From Patescibacteria group bacterium (GTDB lineage Bacteria > Patescibacteriota > Minisyncoccia > Phycocordibacterales > Phycocordibacteraceae): a DNA stretch of 64,000 bases. Below the pieces are notes generated by a model. That model was not told where the DNA came from. It saw nothing but the letters and a program-made list of their open reading frames with translations, and ran no database searches. The stretch spans positions 18,266 through 82,265 of the forward strand of contig SCTS01000007.1 in assembly GCA_004322365.1 (NCBI GenBank), read 5' to 3'. Positions within the stretch are counted from its first letter, which is position 1. The number at the start of each line of letters is the position of its first letter. The position numbers and the translations under genes were made by a program. Shown piece by piece: positions 49,120 to 58,952 of the stretch.

Positions 49120-49779
49120 TTAAGTTCCCTGTGCAAAAAGAGCTTTGAAAATCTTAGTTCTTTTTCGCTTGAGGCAAGGAACCGTAGGAGAATAATACAT
49201 GTTTTTGATAATTTTTAAAGACTCTGCCTTAGCATATTTTAATTGATATACAGATGCAGTTCTGCCATGTGTAATATGTCCGTGCACATTTAGAAGGTGC
49301 CCTAATTTTGAACGAATCCAATCGATGTGCTCTTTACTTGCACTCACAAAGACTAAATAAAACATAAAGCTTGATTTCCAGCGTTTATCCCAATATGAAT
49401 GGAAGCTTCCATCTCCATCATGATGCCCGCGCAAAAAATCAAAGAAGTATTTATCGGGAATATTTAACAATCCAATAGTTCTCGTTTTGTTCGGAGTAAG
49501 TCCAATACTTAAAAGAAATTTATACAAAATAACATCTCCAAATTGAATACGACCTGTCATCGCATTAGTGGAGCCCGATTTTTTTGTTCCAATTTTCACC
49601 TTTATATCGAGACACTTCATAAAAGTCTCCCGCTGTGCACGGTCTTTTGAAGTTAACTCAATATGTCGGCCATCATTAGAAAGAGACCCGTCTGTAGCAA
49701 TAAGCCCAATGGCATAGCCCAAGTTAGAAGACCACACGATAGGTACTTTTCTTTTTGGTGGTGACCCTGGCTTGCCCAT
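49120..49779 (-). CDS. free-standing double-motif LAGLIDADG endonuclease-like protein
   Basis: 'GYAIGLIATDGS' and 'DFLRGHHDGDGS'; stop codon 9 nt before tRNA-Leu. Confidence 0.88.
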   Translation of the reverse strand: MGKPGSPPKRKVPIVWSSNLGYAIGLIATDGSLSNDGRHIELTSKDRAQRETFMKCLDIKVKIGTKKSGSTNAMTGRIQFGDVILYKFLLSIGLTPNKTRTIGLLNIPDKYFFDFLRGHHDGDGSFHSYWDKRWKSSFMFYLVFVSASKEHIDWIRSKLGHLLNVHGHITHGRTASVYQLKYAKAESLKIIKNMYYSPTVPCLKRKRTKIFKALFAQGT

Positions 49780-49864
49780 ACCTCAAGTATATAGCGTCTA
49801 CCAATTTATTTTAAAGAAAAACTGTGCATTTTGCACAGTTTTTCTAACTTCTTGTCGTTAAAAT

Positions 49865-50428
49865 TTATGACGCCTCTTTTGCTGCTTCTATTTCTTCAGG
49901 AGTAACAGGTTCAGAAACTTCTATAGGAGCCTCATCAACTACTTCAGATGCTTTCGCTTGTTCTGCTCGGAGTGCCTCTTCTGCAGCGGCGTCTTCAGCT
50001 GCCTTTGCTTCAGCGAGAGATGCTGCCTCAGCCATTTCGCGATCACTGCCTGTCGTCAAAGACACGAGGCTCATCTTACGAAGCTGGCGACGCATTTCAC
50101 GAGAGACTTTATCGCGGATGTAATAGAGTTTTGCGCGTCGCACTTTTGAACGACGAACAATGTCTATTTTGTCGATCATCGGAGAATAGAGGGGGAAGAT
50201 TTTTTCAACACCAACGCCAGAAAGAGTAGCGCGGACAGTGAATGTCGCACCAGCTTCAGTGCCGTGTTTTCGTGCAAGCACAAGCCCTTCGTACATCTGA
50301 ATACGGGTTTTGCCTTTTTCCTGAATTTTCTGATGAACACGAACAACGTCTCCAGCTCGAATATCAAGCTTTTTACGCTCATCCACGTTCACTGAAGAAA
50401 TAGTTTTGAGGTCAATTGCTACTACCAT
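49865..50428 (-). CDS. rplS: 50S ribosomal protein L19 with acidic C-terminal tail
   Basis: 'GDVVRVHQKIQE.GK.RIQ.YEG', 'GVEKIFPLYSP', 'VRRAKLYYIR'. Confidence 0.97.
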   Translation of the reverse strand: MVVAIDLKTISSVNVDERKKLDIRAGDVVRVHQKIQEKGKTRIQMYEGLVLARKHGTEAGATFTVRATLSGVGVEKIFPLYSPMIDKIDIVRRSKVRRAKLYYIRDKVSREMRRQLRKMSLVSLTTGSDREMAEAASLAEAKAAEDAAAEEALRAEQAKASEVVDEAPIEVSEPVTPEEIEAAKEAS

Positions 50429-50474
50429 AGTGACGAAAAATAACACGGGGGCGCCATTTTAGCAACGGGGAGAG

Positions 50475-51197
50475 TTATTTTGGCTTTTCTAGCTCCTTTT
50501 CCGCATGTATGAAGTCAGCGGGTAGTGTGGCCTCGAAAGTACGCAGTTCCCCACTTGGAAGCGTAAGAGTTAGGGAGAGTGCGTGCAGTGCCAATCTCTC
50601 AAAACCAAGTGCCTTGTCTCGCCTAGGAGCATACAAGGAGTCGGATACTAATGGATATTGAAGTGCTTTAAAATGAACACGAATTTGATGCATCCTTCCT
50701 GTTTTTGGCTTTACTTCAACATAGGTAAATCCCCCACCCACCTTTAACCGTGTCCATGCGGTTATTGCATCTCGAAGAGGTTCTTTAGCGCCTCGTTCAG
50801 CAGAGCGACGCCTGAAATCAGTTTTCGATCGTCCGATAGGAAGCGTAATAATTCCAGTGGGTTCTTTTAATTCTCCCCACAAAAACGCACGGTACGTTTT
50901 TTCTGTTTCTCGTTCTTTAAATTGTTCCTTCAAAAAAAGAAATGCTTCCTGGTTTTTTGCGAGGATAATCACCCCTGAAGTTTCTTTATCTAGACGATGA
51001 ACAATGCCTGGACGATTGATGACCACACCATTGGTAAGGACTAACGGCTCACCCACTTCTTTTGCGCTCGGCACATGCAGGACAAACCAATCTGCAAGTG
51101 TCTCTTCCTCTCGCCTTCCATCTTTATGCACAGACATACCGGCAGGTTTGTTTGCCACCAGCACATCATCATCTTCAAAAATTATTTCGGGCATCAT
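50475..51197 (-). CDS. RluA-family pseudouridine synthase
   Basis: 'NKPAG', 'HRLDKETSG', 'TGRMHQIRVH', 'LHA'. Confidence 0.95.
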   Translation of the reverse strand: MMPEIIFEDDDVLVANKPAGMSVHKDGRREEETLADWFVLHVPSAKEVGEPLVLTNGVVINRPGIVHRLDKETSGVIILAKNQEAFLFLKEQFKERETEKTYRAFLWGELKEPTGIITLPIGRSKTDFRRRSAERGAKEPLRDAITAWTRLKVGGGFTYVEVKPKTGRMHQIRVHFKALQYPLVSDSLYAPRRDKALGFERLALHALSLTLTLPSGELRTFEATLPADFIHAEKELEKPK

Positions 51198-51203
51198 GGA
51201 TAC

Positions 51204-51881
51204 TCAAACGCCGCGTCGCTGTTCTCGTAGAGCATATTCTGCAAGAATTGAGTCAAATTCAGCCTTCTCAAAAGCAGGCCACTTAGTGTCAGTGAAGAAA
51301 AGTTCGCTATACACTGACTGCCACGTGAGAAAATTAGAAAGACGTTTATCTCCTCCTGTTCTGATGATCAGATTGGGATCACTAAACTCGCCACCCCAAA
51401 GCGCTTTGCGAAATGAAGCCTCATCCACCCGCTCAACCTTCTCTGATAACAGTGTATTCACTCCCTGAAGAATCTCCGCTCGCCCTCCGTAGGACAACGC
51501 AATGATGAGTGTCCCGCTCACTCCTCCTTTTGTTCGCTCCTCAACTTCATTCATTTTTTTCTGCAAACTCAAAGGTAAGCGCTCGCGTTGTCCTATAAAT
51601 TTTACGCGTACATTTTTCTGTACGATGTCATCTACATCCTTACCAAAAGTCATTTCAAAAAGATTCATCAGGTAATTAACCTCTTCTGGACTGCGGTTCC
51701 AATTCTCTGTAGAGAATGCATATAAAATTAACTCTTTAATTCCTGCATCCTGCACCCACGAAACTAAATCTTTCACTTTGTCTAAGCCTCGTCGATGCCC
51801 CTCAAGGCTTGGCAGTCCCTGTTCTTTGGCGAAGCGGCGATTGCCGTCCATGATAACTCCAACTGATTGAATAGATTTCAT
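51204..51881 (-). CDS. uppS: undecaprenyl diphosphate synthase
   Basis: 'IMDGNRR', 'YAFSTENWNRS', 'IRTGG..RLSNFL.WQ..YSE'. Confidence 0.97.
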   Translation of the reverse strand: MKSIQSVGVIMDGNRRFAKEQGLPSLEGHRRGLDKVKDLVSWVQDAGIKELILYAFSTENWNRSPEEVNYLMNLFEMTFGKDVDDIVQKNVRVKFIGQRERLPLSLQKKMNEVEERTKGGVSGTLIIALSYGGRAEILQGVNTLLSEKVERVDEASFRKALWGGEFSDPNLIIRTGGDKRLSNFLTWQSVYSELFFTDTKWPAFEKAEFDSILAEYALREQRRGV

Positions 51882-52004
51882 GAAATGTTAGTGATGGTAG
51901 CAAATAGAGAAACTCCTATGCGTGGCAGTTAGTTTCATGCACTCTACTAGAATAGTGCCGACCGGAGCAAGGAGTAAGCCTGCATTGCAAATTGTATCGC
52001 GGTA

Positions 52005-52349
52005 TCATTTTTTATCTTTAAAACGAGAGAGGCACTCGTACGAATAGGTGATAACAATAGAAGCGGCACCCCACAGAAAAGGAAGCCAGAGAGGAAGGCC
52101 GAAAAAATCTGGCGATTCGTAATGCCATACTCCTTTCCCAATTGCGATAGCCTCCGTGAGAGGGCCCCACAGCGCTACAAACACATAGACCGCTGTGATT
52201 TTTTTACTCCTGAGAACCACAAGCATCAGTGCTGAAATCACAAAAAGCGTGAGCGTGAGTATAAAAGACTCACGCCATAGCAGTACCACAGCACTTACAG
52301 ATCCTATGTATCCTAGGACAACGCTCGCTGTTTTAAGGCTCAGTTTCAT
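52005..52349 (-). CDS. small membrane protein
   Basis: Several TM helices; 'GP..E...GVW.Y..P...GLPLWLPFLWG'. Confidence 0.7.
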   Translation of the reverse strand: MKLSLKTASVVLGYIGSVSAVVLLWRESFILTLTLFVISALMLVVLRSKKITAVYVFVALWGPLTEAIAIGKGVWHYESPDFFGLPLWLPFLWGAASIVITYSYECLSRFKDKK

Positions 52350-52439
52350 AACAAAACGGTATCATAAAAAAATAGAGGGGGAAGAATATCTTAGGTGTGA
52401 TTGGAATAAAAAAAACTTTTAGTGTACTCTGAGCAATTC

Positions 52440-52515
52440 GGGCGATTAGCTCAGTTGGTAGAGCGCTTCATTTACACTGAAGATGTCGCAGGTTCAAGTC
52501 CTGCATCGCCCACCA
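52440..52515 (+). tRNA. tRNA-Val (TAC)
   Basis: GGGCGAT/ATCGCCC-A-CCA acceptor; anticodon loop TTTACAC. Confidence 0.97.
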
Positions 52516-52674
52516 CAATATAATTTCTTGTTATTATGAGAACCATGCGTTTTATAAAAACACTATGATTCACAGTCGCCACAAAAAAAGTTGGTCTGGG
52601 TTTAACTAAAGTCTTTCATTTGAGGCAGTTGGAATACTGCTAATTTTTATTTTTTAACTAACCACTAACGAACC

Positions 52675-53337
52675 ATGCTCCAATTTACTGAATCATCACT
52701 TAAAAAACTTCTCTTAGCTCTTGCCATTTATCTTGCATCTCTTTTCGCCGCAAACACTCTCGGACTTAAAATCATGCCGTTTCTTTTCGGTACCGGTCTT
52801 TCTGTGGCTGTTTTCTCTTTCCCTATTGTATTTCTCATGACCGATGTCATTGGCGAAGTGTATGGAAAGCGAGTTGCAAAACTCTTCGTACTTGCAGGAT
52901 TCATTGCAACAGCACTCTTCATCCTGTACTCATTCATTTCAATTGCAATGCCGTGGTCTCCAAGAGGCTTGTGGGTAAGCGAAGGATATAACCAAGTCTT
53001 CGGTATTTCCGTCAGAATGGCAATCGCATCTCTAGTCGCATTCGCTATTGCTCAATACCAGGATGTTATTTCATTCTTCTTCTTCAAAAAGATCTTAGGA
53101 AAATCTGGATTCTGGCTTCGTTCAACACTCTCAAATATGTGGTCACAATTTCTCGACACAGTAATTTTTATGGTAATCGCATTTGCAGGCGTGTACTCAA
53201 CATCAACACTTATAGGCATCATGTTTAGTTGGTGGCTCTACAAGGTTGCTATGGGCTTCCTCTATACTCCACTCTCCTACATCGCAATACGCCTACTCAA
53301 AGACAAGAATGAAACCAAAGACCCAGCCTCTGCCTAA
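52675..53337 (+). CDS. YhhQ/VUT-family (queuosine precursor-type) transporter
   Basis: 'FPIVFLMTDVIGEVYGK', 'ASLVAF', 'WLRS..S...SQFLDTVIF'. Confidence 0.92.
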   Translation: MLQFTESSLKKLLLALAIYLASLFAANTLGLKIMPFLFGTGLSVAVFSFPIVFLMTDVIGEVYGKRVAKLFVLAGFIATALFILYSFISIAMPWSPRGLWVSEGYNQVFGISVRMAIASLVAFAIAQYQDVISFFFFKKILGKSGFWLRSTLSNMWSQFLDTVIFMVIAFAGVYSTSTLIGIMFSWWLYKVAMGFLYTPLSYIAIRLLKDKNETKDPASA

Positions 53338-53842
53338 AACACGCTTCGTTGCCTATGTAGCAACATCCATCGATGGACGCATCTCACTTGAAAAAAGGAA
53401 GCTTCCTGATTGGACTAGCAAGGAAGATTGGAAGTTCTTCCAGAGCGAACTCGCGCATGCTGATGCAGTTGTTGTAGGAAGAAATACATACCTATCTGCT
53501 CAAAGTCGTCTCCAGAAACGCACAACTTTCGTGCTATCGAGTAGAGTAAAAAATAAGCTCAAAAAAGGTACAGTCACCTTCATCAATCCAGCATGCAACG
53601 ATCTTAAGAAGCTCTTCTCAGTGTATAAGACAGTCGCCATAGTTGGTGGTGTACGGGTCTACCAAACAATGCTCGACAGCAATCTCCTCCACGAGCTCTA
53701 TGTAACTATTGAACCTCTAGTGTTTGGACGAGGAGTTCCAATGTTTTCCGGTGGTTCAAAAACAAAGCAGTTCGAACTCGTCTCCGTAAAAAAACTTAAT
53801 ACAACGAGCACACTTCTTCTTCACTACAAGGTAAAGAAGTAA
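53309..53842 (+). CDS. dihydrofolate-reductase-fold (RibD C-terminal-like) protein
   Basis: 'ATSIDGRI', 'DAVVVGRNTY', 'IVGG', 'ELYVTIEPLVFGRG'. Start ATG 53309 overlaps the transporter end. Confidence 0.88.
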   Translation: MKPKTQPLPKTRFVAYVATSIDGRISLEKRKLPDWTSKEDWKFFQSELAHADAVVVGRNTYLSAQSRLQKRTTFVLSSRVKNKLKKGTVTFINPACNDLKKLFSVYKTVAIVGGVRVYQTMLDSNLLHELYVTIEPLVFGRGVPMFSGGSKTKQFELVSVKKLNTTSTLLLHYKVKK

Positions 53843-53879
53843 CCCTCACTCAATTATTAAATGTGTAAAAAATAATCGA

Positions 53880-53915
53880 TATAGTATAATCTAACGATCG
53901 TTAGATTATACTATA
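53880..53915. repeat. 36-bp perfect palindrome
   Basis: TATAGTATAATCTAACGA|TCGTTAGATTATACTATA. Confidence 0.9.
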
Positions 53916-53942
53916 CAGCTATCCTTAACCTACCTAGGGCAT

Positions 53943-54650
53943 ATGCATGTGCAAGCAATCAAAACACGGGTGTTCAAAAAAGACGAGGATCTTTCTCTGT
54001 TCATTTTTGAATATCTAAAAAAAATCCCGGAGCGTTCAGTACTTGTAATTGCCTCAAAAATTGTCGCGCTCTCCGAAGGACGCACTGCACAGATATCTGA
54101 AAAAAATAAACTAATAAAAAGAGAGAGTTCGTGGGCACTTAAGACGGGAAAAGTTTGGCTCACTGAAAAGAGTGGAATGATTATGGCGAATGCTGGCATT
54201 GATGAATCAAATGCCCAAGGAGAATTGGTACTTCTACCAAAAGACAGTTTTGCTTCAGCGGAGCGTTTGCGAAAAATGTTGCAAAAAAAATACCGAGTGA
54301 AAAACCTCGGCATCGTAATTACCGATAGCGCGCTCATGCCCCTCAGAGCTGGTGTAGTGGGTGCCGCGCTTGGATATGCAGGCTTTAAGGGGGTGCGAGA
54401 TTACCGAGGAAAGAAAGACGTCTTTGGAAGAAAAATGGAAATGTCGCGTACCAATGTTACTGATAGCCTAGCTACCGCCGGCACGCTCGTTATGGGTGAG
54501 GGAGCAGAACAACAACCACTGGCGCTTATTACTGAAGCTCCTGTTGAGTTTGTAGAAAAAACAAATAAGAAAGAACTAAAGATTGCAGCGAAGGAGGATA
54601 TTTTTTGGCCGTTGTTGAAACGGTACATTCAAAAAACGGGTCGAGACTGA
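53943..54650 (+). CDS. CofE-like gamma-glutamyl ligase, copy 2
   Basis: 'ASKIVALSEGR', 'ANAGIDESN', 'ITDS..PLRAG', 'DSLATA...VMGEGAEQQP'. Confidence 0.9.
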   Translation: MHVQAIKTRVFKKDEDLSLFIFEYLKKIPERSVLVIASKIVALSEGRTAQISEKNKLIKRESSWALKTGKVWLTEKSGMIMANAGIDESNAQGELVLLPKDSFASAERLRKMLQKKYRVKNLGIVITDSALMPLRAGVVGAALGYAGFKGVRDYRGKKDVFGRKMEMSRTNVTDSLATAGTLVMGEGAEQQPLALITEAPVEFVEKTNKKELKIAAKEDIFWPLLKRYIQKTGRD

Positions 54651-54701
54651 ATGTAAGTGTCCTATTTGACTTCCTCTTTTTAGAGTGATTTAATTCTGCA
54701 C

Positions 54702-54935
54702 ATGATAGAAAGCACCCCTATTTTATCTAGAGATCGTGGTACTTTACTTCGACACGATAGGGGTATTGGTGAAGATTTTCGAAATCCGGGAATAGACAGT
54801 AGAACAGGTAGAGTCTTTCCTCCAATAAAAGCATCGGACTGGCTCGGACGATTCTTTGCAGAGGCACATCTTCCAATCCCTGAAATATGGAAACGAGAAA
54901 TTGAAGCTCAGTGGTGGGGAGGGGGTAGAAAATAA
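54702..54935 (+). CDS. small hypothetical protein
   Basis: ATG ORF with upstream TTGACT and a downstream hairpin (54960-54988). Confidence 0.45.
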   Translation: MIESTPILSRDRGTLLRHDRGIGEDFRNPGIDSRTGRVFPPIKASDWLGRFFAEAHLPIPEIWKREIEAQWWGGGRK

Positions 54936-55025
54936 TTCACTATAGATATAACTATTTAGAAAAAATGCCTGGATACTCCGGCATTTTTAAAAAGGTGCCA
55001 GCCTCTCGGTACGATTTTCTAATCG

Positions 55026-55178
55026 CCTGCAGGAATCGGTGTCAGCTCACTAAGCTCGAAAACTCGCTAAGTGGCTCCTACCCGGCCTCGCCTGTCGCAA
55101 AAAGCGACATGGCTCCGGCTTTCGATTCCTGACACACGCAAAACAATTTGCGTGCTCAGTGTGCACTTGCCTCGCAAG
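55026..55178 (-). repeat. target-mirroring element downstream of tRNA-Arg
   Basis: Direct copy 55026-55038 (13/13 vs 55184-55196) and split antisense copy (55121-55131 plus 55157-55166); scaffold similar to the tRNA-His element. Confidence 0.78.
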
Positions 55179-55250
55179 TGCCCCCTGCAGGAATCGAACC
55201 TACATCGACGGCTTAGAAGTCCGCAGCTCTATCCATTGAGCTAAGGGGGC
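55179..55250 (-). tRNA. tRNA-Arg (TCT)
   Basis: GCCCCCT/AGGGGGC acceptor stem, anticodon loop CTTCTAA. Confidence 0.95.
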
Positions 55251-55334
55251 AAGCAAAAGAGATAATACCTCAGTAACGCCTTATCTCCGAGAGGTAAAAC
55301 TCTACTGCCCTACTAGAGTGGTTTTCGATGCAAT

Positions 55335-55634
55335 CTAACGAGTGGTACCTATAGGAATACTCGGAACTACATTTATTTCATAGCGTGCTTTACGACTACG
55401 ATACGAATCCAACGCTGACTGAATCTCTTCTTCAGTTATTGTCTGTGCGGGGAATGAGGTAGGGGTACTGTGTACCACCAAACCCGACTGTATGCCGAAA
55501 AACAAATACGCTGCGTATCCTATAAAAAAAATAAATGGGACTAGCACAATACTAAGCGCAAAAAACCAATCACGCTCTGGTTTCGGATGTAAAAATGATG
55601 CGAGAAAATTATTATTGCCGGTAGACTGATTCAT
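55335..55634 (-). CDS. small TM protein at the end of the pilM operon
   Basis: ATGA overlap with the upstream stop; 'P.RDW' followed by a TM helix. Confidence 0.65.
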   Translation of the reverse strand: MNQSTGNNNFLASFLHPKPERDWFFALSIVLVPFIFFIGYAAYLFFGIQSGLVVHSTPTSFPAQTITEEEIQSALDSYRSRKARYEINVVPSIPIGTTR

Positions 55635-56152
55635 GGTTTTGAACTTTTTTCTTTTATAAAGTCTACAGTAAATGTCGCAAACCAAATATTGGCATCAGAA
55701 ATCTCAAAAGAAACATTCGCAAGTCGAGATGCCTCCGGTAATGTCTCAATCGCAGACGCAAAGCGTGTCATAGCGGTCAGAGAGCCTCGAGCAGAAAAAA
55801 CGACACGCACCAATTCATGGTATGTCCACTCGGTAGGAACTACGGTAACAGACCCGATGGTTGTAGTAACACGCTCGCGCTTTGCAGTAGTCTCAATGGT
55901 ATCAATAAGTCGAACTGAATCACTGTCAGAAACAATAAATGTCGCCAACTCGGCACGATTTAGCGCTGTTTCAGCAATTAATATATCGGCTCGCTTGAGT
56001 GCTTGATCGCGAGTATCTATAGAAAATGAACCCTCTTTCGCTTTTGCAATCGTTGTCACAAATCCAGAAATCCGCGCATTAATAAACAAAAACAAACCTA
56101 CGGTAACCACAAGGCAGATGCATCCAAGTACAAGTGGGGTAAATTTTTTCAT
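55631..56152 (-). CDS. PilO-like type IV pilus alignment protein
   Basis: N-terminal TM, coiled coil and ferredoxin-like 'ARGS..AMTRF...IETLP'; operon position. Confidence 0.65.
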   Translation of the reverse strand: MKKFTPLVLGCICLVVTVGLFLFINARISGFVTTIAKAKEGSFSIDTRDQALKRADILIAETALNRAELATFIVSDSDSVRLIDTIETTAKRERVTTTIGSVTVVPTEWTYHELVRVVFSARGSLTAMTRFASAIETLPEASRLANVSFEISDANIWFATFTVDFIKEKSSKP

Positions 56153-56697
56153 TATGTTTTTATGTCAAAAGAGAACGGTATTGAAAAATCGATATTGGTT
56201 TCATTTACTAGGTTTGAGATAGGAACCGATGCTCCTTTGAACACACGCACCACTTCAATTTGCTTTCCAAAATTAATGAGCGCGGTACGTGTTTTCGCTT
56301 TACCGGAAACTGTAATGGTGCCCACTCCAGAGCCAGTAAACACAAGAGAGATCGAATTAACCTGTACATCACTCGGAACGCGTGTTGTGAGCTCTGCTAA
56401 GACACGCGGTGTTGTTTGTGTTCCGTTATACTCCTTAAGAAGCGTAAGTCGTTCCTTAAGTAGTGACACCTGCTGAACAACCCCAGAAGACTGATATAGT
56501 TCTACGCTCTCTTGCGACGCTTCGAGAGCACGGACGGATGCCTTCGCTTCAGCCTCTGCCAAAAAATACGATGGCATAAGTAGTGCAGTCCCAAGAACAC
56601 ACACACCAACGAGTACAAATATAAATGAACTCAAAAGTCCCGTGTAGTAACGGGCATGGAGTTTCATCTGATCTTTTATGGTGAGTAGATTTACCAT
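56152..56697 (-). CDS. PilN-like protein
   Basis: 'MVNLL', TM, 'VPSDVQVNSISL...ITVSGKAKTR..L..F'. Confidence 0.72.
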   Translation of the reverse strand: MVNLLTIKDQMKLHARYYTGLLSSFIFVLVGVCVLGTALLMPSYFLAEAEAKASVRALEASQESVELYQSSGVVQQVSLLKERLTLLKEYNGTQTTPRVLAELTTRVPSDVQVNSISLVFTGSGVGTITVSGKAKTRTALINFGKQIEVVRVFKGASVPISNLVNETNIDFSIPFSFDIKT

Positions 56698-57779
56698 TGC
56701 AGTGTGTTACTCCCGCGAAGCGCGAGCCCTATAGCCGTTGCATACTCTAAAGACTCCTGGAATTCCATTGGCGGTATGTAAGTGCCCAGAGGAAATGCAT
56801 TCGTCCATACATTAGCAACTACAACAGGCACGGAAGTAAATGTCTCAAGATATTCAGAAAATCCTCGTATGTTGGCGTTACCTCCACACACAATTATTCT
56901 CTCTATAGGGAGTTTTGTAATACCTTCCGCAGACAGGGTGCCCCAATCAGAAAGATGCCTCATTATTTCATCCTTCAGCACTGACATCGTTATCATAAGA
57001 GCTTCTACTACATCAGTATTTTGTATACTCATAAGAAGCCCGCTCTCTTTTTTTATTTTCTCAGCTTCATCAGGAGAAATACTCAATTTTTTTGTGATGA
57101 CCTCAGTCAACACATCACCACCCACATCAATACTCGATGTAAAAGAAACAGCGCCACCATCAGCTATGGCAATGCGTGTCGTTTGCCTGCCAAGGTCAAC
57201 AATCATAACCACACCTGCCCGATCATCTGCACTTAACACAGCACGCGCAAGTGCTTGAGACTCGACCTCAAGAGATCGAAGCACTATACCTGCATCATTA
57301 AAGGCCTTTGCGTATGCATCTACAACGCGCTTTGCATATGCAGTAACCGCAACAATTGTCCCCGCCTGAACATTCCGAACCACCTCAAAATCAAACACCA
57401 TATCCTTTGCCGGCAATGGCACATGCGCTTCAAGTCCAAACTCAACGCCAGCACGAAGATCGGATTCGCCCGCAGGTATCAATGTTTGGTAGAGATATGC
57501 TTTTCGTTCAGGAATACTTGCCATAGCGTAGCGTACCCCATGACGAAGCCTGTATGAGCGTAAAATATCGACAACGGCGGCATGTTTTTCAATGTCGCCG
57601 TCAATAACAACCCCTGCTGGAAGAGGGTTTTCATTAAACGATTGCACACGAAGCCCTAGAGAGTTTTTTTTCAATACGACACACTTAATAGAATTATTTG
57701 AAATATCAATACCTGCGGATGGCATTGCAACAACGGCTGGTGGTGGGAATATTGAAAGAGTTCGTGTGCGAAACGACAT
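56691..57779 (-). CDS. pilM: type IV pilus assembly ATPase-like PilM
   Basis: 'GIDISNNSIK', 'EVESQALARA', 'VDLG..TT', 'CGG.A', 'YATAIGLALR'. Confidence 0.92.
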   Translation of the reverse strand: MSFRTRTLSIFPPPAVVAMPSAGIDISNNSIKCVVLKKNSLGLRVQSFNENPLPAGVVIDGDIEKHAAVVDILRSYRLRHGVRYAMASIPERKAYLYQTLIPAGESDLRAGVEFGLEAHVPLPAKDMVFDFEVVRNVQAGTIVAVTAYAKRVVDAYAKAFNDAGIVLRSLEVESQALARAVLSADDRAGVVMIVDLGRQTTRIAIADGGAVSFTSSIDVGGDVLTEVITKKLSISPDEAEKIKKESGLLMSIQNTDVVEALMITMSVLKDEIMRHLSDWGTLSAEGITKLPIERIIVCGGNANIRGFSEYLETFTSVPVVVANVWTNAFPLGTYIPPMEFQESLEYATAIGLALRGSNTLQW

Positions 57780-57844
57780 GCACCTTATTATAAACCCTTT
57801 GACTGGGGCGAAGTGCTAATCATGTGCTGCTGCTTGAAAACTTT

Positions 57845-58171
57845 TCAGCGGATATGACTTCCTGGATCAACGAATCTTGTTGGTGACAAAAGAGCAAAGG
57901 TACTTCCCTCGCCCACCGCAAGAATCATACCGTTGGAAACAAGTCCCCGAATAACTCGTGGCTCTAAATTGGTTAGGAATGGAAATTGTCTTCCAATAAG
58001 ATCAGCGGGATTCACATATTCAGCGATGCCAGAAAGAATTTGTCGTGGAGTTTCCTCCCCAAAATCAACTTCGAGGCGTAACAATTTATCAGTATCAGGA
58101 ACATGCTCAGCAGAACGGACAGTACCGATTTGAATTTCTGCACGCTTAAAATCATCAAAAGAAAAAGTCAT
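57845..58171 (-). CDS. stand-alone tRNA-binding OB protein (MetRS C-terminal / Trbp111 / CsaA-like)
   Basis: 'FDDF...IQIGTV..AE.VPDTDKLL..VDFGE..RQILSGI', 'NLEPR...SNGMIL'. Confidence 0.9.
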   Translation of the reverse strand: MTFSFDDFKRAEIQIGTVRSAEHVPDTDKLLRLEVDFGEETPRQILSGIAEYVNPADLIGRQFPFLTNLEPRVIRGLVSNGMILAVGEGSTFALLSPTRFVDPGSHIR

Positions 58172-58174
58172 ACA

Positions 58175-58567
58175 TTACTTTTTAGTCCGCTCTATGAAGC
58201 TATTAAGAATTATAGCCGCAGCTTTTGCATCTACAAACTTATCATCACTGTCCCTCCGAGCCTCAACAGAGCTATAAAACTCTGGCTCATAAGAAACCGG
58301 AACGGCTACCGAGCGCTCCAAGTCTGCAACAAATTGGCGTGTGTGTTTCATGACCGCATTATCCTTTCCGTCTTTATCTTTTGACTCCCCTACTACAACT
58401 TGTATAACATTCTCTTTTGCTATGAGTTCAGTGAGTGTCGGTATAAGCGTACGGTCACTCGGCAAGACTACTTTAGCAAATGCAACAGAGCCGGATTCAT
58501 CGGAAACCGCAACGCCAACGCGTTTTGTGCCATAGTCTATTCCTAAAAGTTTCGACACATTATACAT
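58175..58567 (-). CDS. ruvX: YqgF/RuvX family nuclease
   Basis: 'LLGIDYGTKRVGVAVSD', 'E.YSS.EA', 'VDAKAAAIIL'. Confidence 0.93.
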   Translation of the reverse strand: MYNVSKLLGIDYGTKRVGVAVSDESGSVAFAKVVLPSDRTLIPTLTELIAKENVIQVVVGESKDKDGKDNAVMKHTRQFVADLERSVAVPVSYEPEFYSSVEARRDSDDKFVDAKAAAIILNSFIERTKK

Positions 58568-58611
58568 AGTACCTCGTTGCCGTCGGGTAGCGAACACGCT
58601 ACGATATAAAG

Positions 58612-58896
58612 ATGTTCGGCTTTAACCCAACAGGTTGGAATCTTTGGATTCTCCTCATAATTTTGTGGACACTCCCGTGGAAAGGATACGCACTATGGCT
58701 ATCGGCAAGAAACAGTCATCCTCGATGGTTCATTGCACTCCTTTTACTCAACACTCTTGCAATTCTTGAAATAATCTATATCTTCGCAGTGGGCAGGAAA
58801 ATTGCAAAAAATCCAAACATTCAAGGAAACAACAGGAGAGTAACTGAATACAGCAAACACGAAACGGTCCGAGTATACTCAGACTCTGAAAAATAA
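58612..58896 (+). CDS. DUF5652-like small membrane protein
   Basis: 'WTLPWKGYALW.SARN....WFIALL..NTL.ILEIIY'. Confidence 0.85.
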   Translation: MFGFNPTGWNLWILLIILWTLPWKGYALWLSARNSHPRWFIALLLLNTLAILEIIYIFAVGRKIAKNPNIQGNNRRVTEYSKHETVRVYSDSEK

Positions 58897-58952
58897 AATA
58901 CTAATGGGCCATAACCTGAGGTCTCATAAAAAGTATCTGGTATACTGGATGA

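Noticed and set aside
52560-52674. preQ1 or THF riboswitch upstream of the YhhQ-type transporter
   Set aside because: Only short weak stems; I could not match preQ1-I/II/III or THF cores by eye.
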